NCBI GenBank assembly: GCA_035531915.1
Contig: DATKRX010000144.1
Span: 1-53,107, forward strand
Length of the DNA stretch: 53,107 nt
Source: Gaiellaceae bacterium
GTDB lineage: Bacteria > Actinomycetota > Thermoleophilia > Gaiellales > Gaiellaceae
Reading direction: 5' to 3'
In this document: positions 6,827 to 15,543 of the stretch, piece by piece
Position numbering within the stretch: position 1 is the first letter of the stretch
Layout: each line of letters begins with the position of its first letter
The notes under the pieces: model-generated
Databases searched by the model: none
What the model saw: only the letters and a program-made list of their open reading frames with translations
Told to the model about the DNA's origin: nothing
Position numbers and translations under genes: made by a program

Positions 6827-8459
6827 GTCCCTCCTGGGTCAGCCGGCGCCGCAGGTCACGGAGTGGTCGGGCGCTGATGATGTACGGGATCCGCTCGAAG
6901 TTCCATGGCGGCGGCGGCGAGGTCGCATACCACTCGAGCGTGTCGGCGAGCCACGGGTCGTTGACCGCACGCCGCCCGACGCGGGTCGTCCGGACCACGT
7001 TGACCACGAACACGCACATCCCCACCGCCATTATGAACGCCCCGATCGTCGAGATCATGTTATAGACCTCCCAGAGACCGCCCTCAGAGTACGTGTAGAC
7101 CCGGCGCGGCATCCCGAGCAACCCCAGCATGTGCATCGGGAAGAAGGTCAGGTTGAAGCCGATGAACACGAGCCAGAAGTGGAGTTTCCCGAGCCGCTCG
7201 TCGAGTAACCGTCCGAACATCTTCGGCCACCAGTAGTAGAGCCCGGCGAAGATCCCGAACATCGAACCGCCGAAGAGCACGTAGTGGATGTGCGCCACGA
7301 CGTAGTCGGTCTGGGTGAGCTGCCAGTCGACCGGGAACGCGGCCAGGAAGATTCCCGAGAGGCCGCCGATCGTGAACAGGCCGATGAACCCGAGCGCCCA
7401 CAGCATCGGCGTGTCGAAGGAGATGTTCCCGCGGTAGAGCGTCGCGAGCCAGTTGAAGATCTTCACCCCGGTCGGCACCGCGATCACCATCGAGGTGACC
7501 ATGAAGAACGAGTCGAGACGGGTCGGCAGGCCGACCGCGAACATGTGGTGGCCCCAGACGAGGAAGGCGAGCAACGCGATCGACACCGTGGAGACCGCCA
7601 CGGCCTTGTAGCCGAAGATCGGCTTGCGCGAGAAGACGGGGATCACCTCCGAGATGATCCCCATCGCGGGCAGCACCATGATGTAGACCTCGGGGTGCCC
7701 GAAGAACCAGAAGACGTTCTGGTAGAGGATCGGGCTGCCGCCGTGGGCGGGATCGAAGAAGTGTGTCCCGGCGTGCCGGTCGAGCAGCATCATCGTCAGC
7801 CCGGCCGAAAGCGTCGGCAGCGCGAGCATCAAGAGCCACGCGTAGGTGAGCATCGCCCAGACAAAGAGCGGGATCCGCATCCACGTCATCCCGCGGGCGC
7901 GCATGTTGTGGATCGTGACGATGAAGTTGACCGCGCCCGCGAGCGAGGCGAGCGTCAGCACGTGCACGGAGAGGATCCAGAGGTCCTGGCCGCGGCCCGG
8001 CGAGTGCAGGGTCGAAAGGGGCGCGTAGGAGGTCCAGCCCGCCTCCGCGGCGCCGCCCTTGGCGAAGAAGCTGAAGTAGAGGATCAGCCCGCCGAGCAGG
8101 AACAGCCAGTAAGAGAGCGCGTTCAGCCGGGGGAAGGCCATGTCGCGCGCGCCGATCATCAACGGCACCAGGAAGTTCCCGAAGCCGGCGAGGATCGGGA
8201 CGATGACGAGGAAGATCATCGTCGTCCCGTGGATCGTCACCGCCTCGTTGTAGGAGCCGCGCGTCATGAAACTCTCGTTCGGCGTCGCGAGCTGGGTGCG
8301 CATCAGGAGCGCGAGCAGGCCGCCGAGCGCGAAGAAGACGAGCGAGGTGCAGATGTAGAGGATCCCGATCCGCTTGTGGTCTGTCGTCGTCAGCCACGAG
8401 GTGATCCGGCCGCGGCGCCAGTCGGAGTGGTAGGCGAGAACCGGGGTCTCAGCGGCCAC
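6819..8459 (-). CDS. ctaD: Cytochrome c oxidase subunit I (heme-copper oxidase)
   Basis: Canonical blocks: WFFGHPEVYIMVLPAMGIISEVIP, LVWGHHMF, VVAHIHYVLFGG, FFPMHMLGLLGMPRR. Confidence 0.97.
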   Translation of the reverse strand: MAAETPVLAYHSDWRRGRITSWLTTTDHKRIGILYICTSLVFFALGGLLALLMRTQLATPNESFMTRGSYNEAVTIHGTTMIFLVIVPILAGFGNFLVPLMIGARDMAFPRLNALSYWLFLLGGLILYFSFFAKGGAAEAGWTSYAPLSTLHSPGRGQDLWILSVHVLTLASLAGAVNFIVTIHNMRARGMTWMRIPLFVWAMLTYAWLLMLALPTLSAGLTMMLLDRHAGTHFFDPAHGGSPILYQNVFWFFGHPEVYIMVLPAMGIISEVIPVFSRKPIFGYKAVAVSTVSIALLAFLVWGHHMFAVGLPTRLDSFFMVTSMVIAVPTGVKIFNWLATLYRGNISFDTPMLWALGFIGLFTIGGLSGIFLAAFPVDWQLTQTDYVVAHIHYVLFGGSMFGIFAGLYYWWPKMFGRLLDERLGKLHFWLVFIGFNLTFFPMHMLGLLGMPRRVYTYSEGGLWEVYNMISTIGAFIMAVGMCVFVVNVVRTTRVGRRAVNDPWLADTLEWYATSPPPPWNFERIPYIISARPLRDLRRRLTQEGRL

Positions 8460-9435
8460 TGGCGGCCTTCTTCAGCGTCTTCGTGTAGGCGACGAGCGCG
8501 TCGATCTGGTCGTTCGACCAGCCGCTGCCGACGGCCGGCATCGTGCCGACGCCCAGCCGCAGGATCGTCCGGAGGCCGACCGCGTCGGTCAGGAGCGGGT
8601 TCGCTCCGAGGGAGGGCCCGACAAAGGCGGTAGCGAGCCGATGGCAGACCGCGCACGCGTGCTGGTACTCCTCCTTGCCGAGCGCTACGCCGGCCGGCGC
8701 GGCCGCGCGCTGGGCGATGAACTGCTCGTACTGGGCGCGCGGCACGACCTTCACCTGCGCGGTCATGCGCGCATGCTGGATCCCGCAGAGGTCGGAGCAG
8801 CGGGCCGCGTAGTCGCCGGCCGGCGCCTCGAACCAGGTGTGGTTGTCGCGCCCGGGGATCGCGTCGATCTTGCCTCCGAGCTCGGGCACCCACCAGCTGT
8901 GAACGACGTCGGTCACGGGCGCCGTCACGATCTCGTTCACGACGTTGTCGGCGGGGGCGATCATCGTCCCGACCGAGATTGCCCCGTTTGGGTAGGTGAA
9001 CATCCAGTAGAACTGCCGGCCCTGGACGGTGATGTTCGTCGAGTTGGCGGCGCTCGCATCCGGCGCGTTCGCGATCGCGGGGAGCTCGACGAACACGAAC
9101 GTGCCGATCGCGGCGAGGATCAGCACCGGCACGACCGTCCAGATGATCTCGAGCCGCGTCGAGCCGTGGATCTGGAGGCCGTCGGCGTCGCGGTGGCGTT
9201 TCCCGCGGCGGTACTTGACCGCGAGGGTGACGAGCGCGCCTTCGACCCCGACGAACACGATCGCCGCGAACACGAGCACGAAGACGTAGGCCTCACGGAT
9301 CTTGTGCGCGTTCGGTGAGTGCGCCGGCAGCGGCAGCGTGCCGCCGTTACCGGCGAAGGCCGCTCCGACCAAGGTAAGCGCCCCCGCGCCTGCGATTGCT
9401 AGTACGAGGGTTGTCCGTCGCACGCCGTAAGGCAT
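8449..9435 (-). CDS. ctaC: Cytochrome c oxidase subunit II fused to a C-terminal cytochrome c domain (caa3-type)
   Basis: Two N-terminal TMs, the CuA site HSWWVPELGGK...CSDLCGIQHARM, and a C-terminal heme motif CAVCH. Start is ATG 9435 (alternative GTG 9423). The 668-aa track ORF upstream of this point is an artefact. The stop overlaps the ctaD start by 11 nt. Confidence 0.93.
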   Translation of the reverse strand: MPYGVRRTTLVLAIAGAGALTLVGAAFAGNGGTLPLPAHSPNAHKIREAYVFVLVFAAIVFVGVEGALVTLAVKYRRGKRHRDADGLQIHGSTRLEIIWTVVPVLILAAIGTFVFVELPAIANAPDASAANSTNITVQGRQFYWMFTYPNGAISVGTMIAPADNVVNEIVTAPVTDVVHSWWVPELGGKIDAIPGRDNHTWFEAPAGDYAARCSDLCGIQHARMTAQVKVVPRAQYEQFIAQRAAAPAGVALGKEEYQHACAVCHRLATAFVGPSLGANPLLTDAVGLRTILRLGVGTMPAVGSGWSNDQIDALVAYTKTLKKAASGR

Positions 9436-9444
9436 CGTATAGCG

Positions 9445-9756
9445 GTGGAGAAAAGAACGCGGATCGAGGTGCCAGCGTACGTGACGAGGCCGTTCGAGGT
9501 TTTCGTCAACGGGGTCCCCCAGGCCGAGGGGTCCGACTACGAGCACGTCGGCTCGTCGCTCGTCTTTCCGCGCCAGCTCGCGCGGGAGGGCAAACTCGGG
9601 TTCTGGCGCTGGCTGCGGATGGGTCTTGGCGTTGCCGGGTCGTACCGGCAGAACGACTCGGTCGACGTCGTCTTCGCGGCCGACGGCCGCCGGATCGTCA
9701 AGGCGCTTCTGGTGCCGCTTTTGGAAGAGCCACAGGCCGACCCGGACGAGCGCTAA
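9445..9756 (+). CDS. Hypothetical small protein (103 aa)
   Basis: High GC3 throughout, GTG start, TAA stop. First ORF of the long plus-strand operon divergent from ctaC. Alternative in-frame GTG starts at 9469 and 9481. Confidence 0.6.
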   Translation: MEKRTRIEVPAYVTRPFEVFVNGVPQAEGSDYEHVGSSLVFPRQLAREGKLGFWRWLRMGLGVAGSYRQNDSVDVVFAADGRRIVKALLVPLLEEPQADPDER

Positions 9757-9765
9757 CCTGACGGG

Positions 9766-10386
9766 ATGACGCAGCGCCGGAGGCCCACTCGCAGGCTGCG
9801 CAGTGCACTTGCGGGACGCGGTTTCATGCTCTTTCCGGCGGCGGCTTTCGCCGTCCACCAGCTTCGCTACGAGCTCGCCTACGGCTCCCGCGCCGGCGCC
9901 GCGCTCAGCGCGCAGGGGCACGGGTACCTGACCTCGCTCGCGCCGTGGGTCGCGGTGCTGCTCGCGCTCGCGCTCGGCTCGTACCTGGCCCGGCTTGCGC
10001 GGGCGGGCGGCGGCCACCTCGATGTGCGCCCGCGGCGCGCGTTTTCCGAGCTCTGGCTCGTTGCGAGCGGCTGCCTGCTTCTGACCTACTCGGTTCAGGA
10101 GTGGCTCGAGGGCCTGTTCGTGGCCGGGCATCCGGGCGGTTTCGCGGGCGTCTTCGGGCACGGCGGCTGGTGGGCGATCGTGCTCTCGATCGCGGCCGGG
10201 CTCGTCGTCGCGGCGCTGCTTCGGGTCGCGACCGTGGTGGCCGAGATCGTCTCGCGGGTCGCCCCGGCGCGAGCTGCCGCCGCCCGGCTGCTCGGGCGCC
10301 TCGTGTCGGTCTCGCTCGCCCGGCGAGCGCCGCTCGCCGACGCCTCGGCGGGTCGGGCCCCGCCCGGGATGTGTCTCGCGGCCTGA
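9766..10386 (+). CDS. Hypothetical His-rich integral membrane protein (about 4 TM)
   Basis: ATG lies 9 nt after the previous stop. Hydrophobic segments FMLFPAAAFAVHQL, LAPWVAVLLALALGSYL, LWLVASGCLLLTY and WWAIVLSIAAGLVVAALL. High GC3. Confidence 0.65.
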   Translation: MTQRRRPTRRLRSALAGRGFMLFPAAAFAVHQLRYELAYGSRAGAALSAQGHGYLTSLAPWVAVLLALALGSYLARLARAGGGHLDVRPRRAFSELWLVASGCLLLTYSVQEWLEGLFVAGHPGGFAGVFGHGGWWAIVLSIAAGLVVAALLRVATVVAEIVSRVAPARAAAARLLGRLVSVSLARRAPLADASAGRAPPGMCLAA

Positions 10387-10431
10387 GCGCCGCCTGCGCA
10401 CGTTTCCCGAGCGAACCGAAAGGAGAGTCCA

Positions 10432-10461
10432 TTGCGTCTCGCTGTGGACGCACACCGTTGA
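10432..10461 (+). other. Candidate 9-codon coupling uORF (MRLAVDAHR)
   Basis: The SD AGGAGAG (10421-10427) is followed 4 nt later by an out-of-frame TTG. Its TGA (10459-10461) overlaps the in-frame TTG 10458 of the next gene (TTGA). Confidence 0.3.
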
Positions 10462-11423
10462 GGCTCCAGGCCGCCCTGGCGATCGGGCTGGCCGCGCTTG
10501 CGCTGCCCGCCGAGGCGGCGGCGCACGGGCGCGGTGCCACGATCGCGCTCGACTACCGGCTGACGCTCGACCCGGCCACGCTCGCGCTGCCGGGCGTGCA
10601 CGTGCGCGTGCTCGACGGCGATCGCGACTTCCAGGTCGAGGTCGATCCGGGAGTGCGCCTCGTCGTCCGGGGGGCGCTGAACGAGCCGCTCTTGCGGATC
10701 GACCGAAGCGGCGTGTGGGTCAACGCGAACTCGCCCACAGCGACGCTGGACGGCATCGTGTCGACCTCGAAGCACGGGTGGGTCGAGCTCAGCGGCGGGC
10801 GCTCGATCGCCTGGCACGACCACCGCCTCGCGCCGCCTCCCTCAAGCACGCCTGGCCCGGTCGGCCGCTTCGCGGTCGCGATCGAGATCAACGGGCACCC
10901 GGGTTCGATCTCGGGCACCTTCGTGCGCGTCCCGCGCCCTGCGCCCTGGCCTTGGCCGGTCGCGGCGGCGGCGCTCGTCGCGGGGATCGTGCTGGCGCTT
11001 CGCCGCCGCTCGCTCCGGGCGGCGCTGACCGTCGGGATCGGGGTCGCCGCCGGGATCGCCGCCTTGGCCGAGGTGACCACCTTCGCCGTGCGCGACGCCC
11101 CGACCGGCGGTGTCGGGTGGCTTCAGGTCGGCACCGCGATCGCGGTCGCGGCGGCGCTCGGGGCGCTGCTTCTCCGGCTGCGCGGGCGCGCGCGCGTCCA
11201 CGCGGCCGGAGTGGTCGGTGCGGTTGCGGCGGCGGTCAGCCTCAGCTCGCTGCCGGTGTTCTGGCATGGAGTGGTGATCTCGGCGCTTCCCGCGGTGGCG
11301 GCGCGGGCGGTGTGCGGGCTCGCGATCGTGTGCGGCGCAGCCGCGGCGGCGCTCAGCTTCCTGCCCGACTTCGACGAGCCCGTCCGGAGCCGGCCGACCG
11401 GCGTGCGGGCGCTGCCGCGATGA
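10458..11423 (+). CDS. Hypothetical exported protein: signal peptide, soluble domain with predicted mature N-terminal His, and about 5 C-terminal TMs
   Basis: From TTG 10458: MRLQAALAIGLAALALPAEAAA|HGRGATIALDY.... Alternative in-frame ATT start at 10431, 3 nt after the SD. The C-terminal half is polytopic. The 492-aa track ORF upstream is an artefact. Confidence 0.6.
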   Translation: MRLQAALAIGLAALALPAEAAAHGRGATIALDYRLTLDPATLALPGVHVRVLDGDRDFQVEVDPGVRLVVRGALNEPLLRIDRSGVWVNANSPTATLDGIVSTSKHGWVELSGGRSIAWHDHRLAPPPSSTPGPVGRFAVAIEINGHPGSISGTFVRVPRPAPWPWPVAAAALVAGIVLALRRRSLRAALTVGIGVAAGIAALAEVTTFAVRDAPTGGVGWLQVGTAIAVAAALGALLLRLRGRARVHAAGVVGAVAAAVSLSSLPVFWHGVVISALPAVAARAVCGLAIVCGAAAAALSFLPDFDEPVRSRPTGVRALPR

Positions 11424-11974
11424 CCGCGTTCCTCGTCGCCTTCGCGCTCTTCGCGCAGCCCTCGGTGCGGCCGTGGCCGATCGGGCCCGGGCCGCGCTAC
11501 ACGCCCCCGGCCGCGCCGGCCGCCGTCAGCGCCGGAGTGCCCCTGGGCACTCTCCGCTGCGCCCCGCCGGGCCCGTCCTTCCTCGTCCACGTCGAGCTCT
11601 TCGCCGGCCGCCGCGTCGTCGTCTTGCCGGCCGGGATCGGCGTCGCCGCCCCGGCTGCCCGCTCCGGTGCGACCGTGACGCCCCGCGGGTGCGTCTATCC
11701 CCTGCGGACGCTCGCCCCCGACGGAGTCGTCGAGGTCGCGCGCGGCTCCGACCTGACCGTGGGCGACCTCTTCCGTATCTGGGGGCAGCCGCTGCTCGCG
11801 CGGCGGCTCGGCTCGTTCCGGTCGAGCTCGCCGGTCCGCGTCTACCTGGACGGGAGCCCCGTGCACGCCTCCGCGGGCGCGATCGTCCTCAAGCCACACG
11901 TCCAGATCGTGCTCGAGCTCGGTGCATACCTCGCACCGCATCCCTTCTTCCTGTTCCCCGGAGGTCAGTCGTGA
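11420..11974 (+). CDS. Hypothetical exported protein (185 aa)
   Basis: ATGA overlap with the previous stop (11420-11423). Hydrophobic N-terminus MTAFLVAFALFAQP. Blocks LPAGIGVAAP...C.YPL...LTVGDLFRIWGQPL recall an uncharacterised actinobacterial family. Confidence 0.6.
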   Translation: MTAFLVAFALFAQPSVRPWPIGPGPRYTPPAAPAAVSAGVPLGTLRCAPPGPSFLVHVELFAGRRVVVLPAGIGVAAPAARSGATVTPRGCVYPLRTLAPDGVVEVARGSDLTVGDLFRIWGQPLLARRLGSFRSSSPVRVYLDGSPVHASAGAIVLKPHVQIVLELGAYLAPHPFFLFPGGQS

Positions 11975-12831
11975 AGCCATCCCTACCCGCTGCCGCCCTA
12001 CCCCTTGCCGCGATCGCCCTGCTCGCCGGGTGCGGCGGCTCGACCACCGTGACCGGGCCCGTGATCCAGCCCGCCGCCGTCTACAGGCTCGTCCACCTCG
12101 AGCCCCGAGGTCCCGTCGTCGCCGGCAAGCCCGTGCGCGTCTCGTTCCAGATCCAGCAGCCCGACGGGACCCCGCTCGTCCACTTCAAGACCGGCCCCGG
12201 ACCTCATACGGGCGTGCACCTGATCCTCGTCCGCCGCGACCTCGCCTACATCATCCATCAGCACCCGCCGGTCGGGCGCGTCGCGACGATCGCCCAGACG
12301 GTGACCTTCCCGGCGCCGGGGCCCTACCGGCTCGTCGCCGATGTCTACCCGGCGAGCGCGCAGCAACAGATCAACACCAACTTCCAGCTCTTCGGCACCG
12401 TGCACGTGTCGGGCGCCTACCATCCCAAGCCGCTGCCGCCCGTCTCGAGCTCCGACGTGATCGACGGCTACCGGTTCACCCTCTCCGGCGCCGGGCACCT
12501 GAAGGCGATCCAGGCCACACTCGTCGTCGTGCACGTGAGCGAGCCCGACGGCAAGCCTGCGAGCTTCACGCCCTGGTTCGGCGCGCTCGCCCACGCGATC
12601 TTCTTCCGCAAGGGCAGCCTCGACTACTTCCACACCCACGTGTGCGCGCCGGGGGTGAGCGGCTGCACCAGCGTGCTCGGGCCGACCAAGGTGACCGGCT
12701 CCTCGACCGTCCCGGGCAAGCTCAACGTCGGCGTCCTCGTCCCGGCACCGGGAACCTGGCGGCTCTTCCTCCAGTGCAAGCTGAACGGGACGATCTTCAC
12801 GGCGCCGTTCACGCTCGAGGTCCGCTCGTAG
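11971..12831 (+). CDS. Lipoprotein, unknown function (His/Cys-containing beta-rich domain)
   Basis: GTGA overlap (11971-11974). Lipobox in ...LPLAAIALLAGC|GGS. Contains HQHPP and YFHTHVCAPGVSGC. Confidence 0.7.
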   Translation: MKPSLPAAALPLAAIALLAGCGGSTTVTGPVIQPAAVYRLVHLEPRGPVVAGKPVRVSFQIQQPDGTPLVHFKTGPGPHTGVHLILVRRDLAYIIHQHPPVGRVATIAQTVTFPAPGPYRLVADVYPASAQQQINTNFQLFGTVHVSGAYHPKPLPPVSSSDVIDGYRFTLSGAGHLKAIQATLVVVHVSEPDGKPASFTPWFGALAHAIFFRKGSLDYFHTHVCAPGVSGCTSVLGPTKVTGSSTVPGKLNVGVLVPAPGTWRLFLQCKLNGTIFTAPFTLEVRS

Positions 12832-13202
12832 TGGGGGTGCGGCTCGGGATCTGGGCGTTCAGCTCGTTCGCCTTCGCGATCGTCGACTCGACGATCCACT
12901 GGCGCGAAGGGCTCGGCTGGCAGGGCCTCCACTGCCTGGTCGGCCCGGTCCACCGCGACGCGATCCCGATCCTCGCCGCGCTCTCGCTGCTCGCGTCCCA
13001 CGGCGCGATCGAGCATCTGCCCGCCTGGGCGCGCCGGTTGTTCGCGCAAACCGCGGCGCGCCTCACCCCTGCGCTCGCCGGCCTGCCTGCCGGCGCTTCC
13101 GATCGCTCCTCGGGCGCGGCTCGCGCGGGCCGCGAACACCGCTCGAGGCCCGCCGCCGGCGCTCCGCTCTCGACCGCTTCCCTTCTGAGAGGAGTCGACT
13201 GA
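12831..13202 (+). CDS. Hypothetical small membrane protein (123 aa)
   Basis: TAGTG overlap with the previous stop. Product starts VGVRLGIWAFSSFAFAIVDSTIHW.... GC3 is high at the 5' end and lower in the 3' third. Ends 2 nt before the ycnI-like start, whose GAGGAG SD lies inside it. Confidence 0.5.
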   Translation: MGVRLGIWAFSSFAFAIVDSTIHWREGLGWQGLHCLVGPVHRDAIPILAALSLLASHGAIEHLPAWARRLFAQTAARLTPALAGLPAGASDRSSGAARAGREHRSRPAAGAPLSTASLLRGVD

Positions 13203-13204
13203 AC

Positions 13205-13816
13205 ATGAATCGCCCGTCTTCAGGCAGGCGGCGCCTGCTGCTCGCACTCGCCTCAGGCGCCCTGTTCGCGCTGGTCTCCGCCGGCGCAGCCTCGGCGCAC
13301 CCGCGCCTCAGCCCGCCCGTGTCGCTTGCAAACACGCTCCAGCTGTACAGCCTTGCCGTCCCGACCGAGAAGGCGCCCCCGGCGACGACGACGAAGATCG
13401 TGCTGACCGTCCCGAGCGGCTTTTCGATCGACTCGTTCGTGCCGAGCCCGGGCTGGCACCGGGTGCTCCAGCAGACCGGCGCCGGGAACAGCGCGGTGAT
13501 CCAGAAGGTCACCTGGACGGGTGGAAAGGTTCCCAGCGGTGAGGACTCGCTCTTCCAGTTCCTCGGCCAGCCGGCCAAGGCCGGGACCTACACCTTCCAG
13601 GTCGAGCAGACCTACTCGGACAGCTCGATCGTCGACTGGTCGGGCTCGGAGTCCTCGGCCGCCCCGGCACCGGCGATCGAGGTCGTGAGCTCGTTCGGGG
13701 GCGGGGGCAGCTCGTTGCTCGCGATCGTCGCGCTCGTGATCGGAGCGGTCGCCATCCTGATCGCCGGGGTGGCGATCCTCGCCGGCGGCGGCGGTGCAAA
13801 GAGGCCGCTCGCATGA
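13205..13816 (+). CDS. ycnI: YcnI-family (DUF1775) copper-binding protein with C-terminal TM anchor
   Basis: The signal peptide ends ...AGAASA|HPRLSPP, so the mature N-terminus is His. DUF1775-like blocks include LAVPTEK...VLTVPSGF...VPSPGWH...VTWTGG. C-terminal TM is LLAIVALVIGAVAILIAGVAIL. Confidence 0.8.
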   Translation: MNRPSSGRRRLLLALASGALFALVSAGAASAHPRLSPPVSLANTLQLYSLAVPTEKAPPATTTKIVLTVPSGFSIDSFVPSPGWHRVLQQTGAGNSAVIQKVTWTGGKVPSGEDSLFQFLGQPAKAGTYTFQVEQTYSDSSIVDWSGSESSAAPAPAIEVVSSFGGGGSSLLAIVALVIGAVAILIAGVAILAGGGGAKRPLA

Positions 13817-15543
13817 GCCGGCAGGGGCGGGCTGTCCTTCTGCTCGGCGCGACCCTGGTAGCGCTCGCGGCGCCGGTTGCGGCCTCCGCGCACGCTTACC
13901 TGATCAAGACGTACCCGTCGCCGAGCGGCCACCTGGACAGCCCGCCCTCCTACGTCTCCCTGACCTACGACGAGGCGGTCGAGCCCCGCTTCGCAATCAT
14001 CTCGGTCACCGACAAGGACGCCCATCAGGAGACGACAGGCCCGGTGCACCGGTCGGCGTCCAACCCCGACACCCTGATCGTCCCGCTGCGCCCGCACCTG
14101 CCGGAAGGGTGGTACCTCGTCTACTGGCGCGCGATCTCTGTGGACGGGCACCCGGTCCAGGGCGCGTTCACCTTCTCGGTCGGGGCGAACCCCGGCCCCT
14201 CCCCGCAGTTCGTGATCCCGCACATCTCGCAGACGGCGACCACGACCCCGCTTCTGATCGCGCGCTGGGTGATGTTCCTGTCGGTGATGAGCGCGATCGG
14301 GCTGCTCGCGCTTCGGCTCGCGATCGCGCGCCCGGTCGCCCGCCGCATCGAAGGGACGCGCCTGCGGGCGCTCTCCGCCGCGTTCGCTGCCGCATCGCTC
14401 GTCGGCCTCCTGGCGATCCCGGCCTACCTCGAGGAGTCGACCGCGGTCGACTCGCTGCGCTCCTTCTTCGACGCGGGCGCGCTCGTGCCGCTCTGGCGGA
14501 CGACGGCGTTCGGACGCGGGTACGTCGACCTCGAGGTCTGCTTCGCGCTCTTTGCCCTCGCCGGGGCGATCGCGCTCTGGGTCGACCGGCCCGAGCGCGA
14601 GCAGCGGTCGATCGCGGAGATCCTCGCGGGCGCCGGGGTGGCGGCGGCGGCAGCAGCAGTGCTGATCATCCCGGGAGCGGCCGGTCACGCCGCCCAGACC
14701 GCGCCGCGCGGGCTCGCGCTCGCCTTCGACTGGCTCCATCTGGTCGCCGGCTCGATCTGGCTGGGCGGGCTCGCCGGCCTGCTCGTGTTCTGGCGGAGCC
14801 TCCCGGCGGCCGAGCGGGTCAGCGCGCTCGCAGTCGTCGTGCCGCGGTTCTCGAACGTCGCGTTCGTCTCGGTCGCCGCCCTGCTCGGCTCGGGGATCGG
14901 CGCCTCGGTGCTCCACCTGCCGATCCTCTCGGCGCTCTGGACGACGCACTACGGCGAGGCGATCCTGGTCAAGTCCGGCCTGCTCGCGGCCGCGACGGCG
15001 CTCGGCGCGGTCAACCTGCTCGGGACCAGGCCGAGGCTCGCGGCTGCCCGGGGCCGCCCCGAGCTCGCCTCCGCGGCCGTGCTCCTGCGGCGTGTCGTCT
15101 CGGGCGAGGTCGTGCTCGTCACGGCAGCCGTGTTCGTCGCCGCGCTCCTCTCCAGCCTCGCGCCGCCCTCGCAGTTCCTCGGCGAGGAGGGCGCGGCGCT
15201 CGCCAAGGTCGGGCCGGGGCCGGTCGCGGCCGTCGTCCACGAGGCCGGCTATACGCTGAAGGTGGTCGTGAGCCCGAACAAGGCCGCGGCGCCGAACGAC
15301 TTCGCGCTCCAGATCTCGAAAGGCGGCAAGCCCGTGCAGGGCGCGACCGTTACCTTGACCTTCGCGATGCTCGACATGGAGATGGGAAACCAGGAATACG
15401 CGCTCTCCGAGACCTCGCCAGGCGTCTACTCGCACCCCGCTCCGGCGCTCGTGATGGTCGGCCACTGGGGCCTCTCGTTCCAGGTCACCCCCAAGAGCGG
15501 ACTGCCGTTTACGACACTCGTCGTCGATCAGGCAAGCGGATGA
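13813..15543 (+). CDS. CopC-CopD fusion copper resistance/uptake protein with a C-terminal YtkA/FixH-like domain (YcnJ-like)
   Basis: ATGA overlap. The CopC domain begins with signal ...VAASA|HAYLIKTYPSP and contains YLVYWRAISVDGHPVQGAFTFSV. The polytopic CopD part contains WLHLVAGSIWLGGLAGLLVF. The C-terminus contains TLTFAMLDMEMGNQEY. Confidence 0.9.
   Translation: MSRQGRAVLLLGATLVALAAPVAASAHAYLIKTYPSPSGHLDSPPSYVSLTYDEAVEPRFAIISVTDKDAHQETTGPVHRSASNPDTLIVPLRPHLPEGWYLVYWRAISVDGHPVQGAFTFSVGANPGPSPQFVIPHISQTATTTPLLIARWVMFLSVMSAIGLLALRLAIARPVARRIEGTRLRALSAAFAAASLVGLLAIPAYLEESTAVDSLRSFFDAGALVPLWRTTAFGRGYVDLEVCFALFALAGAIALWVDRPEREQRSIAEILAGAGVAAAAAAVLIIPGAAGHAAQTAPRGLALAFDWLHLVAGSIWLGGLAGLLVFWRSLPAAERVSALAVVVPRFSNVAFVSVAALLGSGIGASVLHLPILSALWTTHYGEAILVKSGLLAAATALGAVNLLGTRPRLAAARGRPELASAAVLLRRVVSGEVVLVTAAVFVAALLSSLAPPSQFLGEEGAALAKVGPGPVAAVVHEAGYTLKVVVSPNKAAAPNDFALQISKGGKPVQGATVTLTFAMLDMEMGNQEYALSETSPGVYSHPAPALVMVGHWGLSFQVTPKSGLPFTTLVVDQASG

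Noticed and set aside
8449-10455. 668-aa version of the ctaC ORF. The same applies to the N-terminal extensions of other track ORFs: 9945-11423, 10715-11974, 11473-12831, 11922-13202, 16088-17092, 16735-17547, 20333-23032, 23463-24467, 27332-28696, 32716-33726, 40872-41891, 45734-47074, 46806-48056 and 47201-48703.
   Set aside because: The track reports the longest start-to-stop ORF. In each case the upstream part is Arg/Pro-rich junk that overlaps a neighbouring real gene. An internal ATG/GTG/TTG, often in a 4-nt overlap with the preceding stop or following an SD, yields a sensible signal peptide or domain start.
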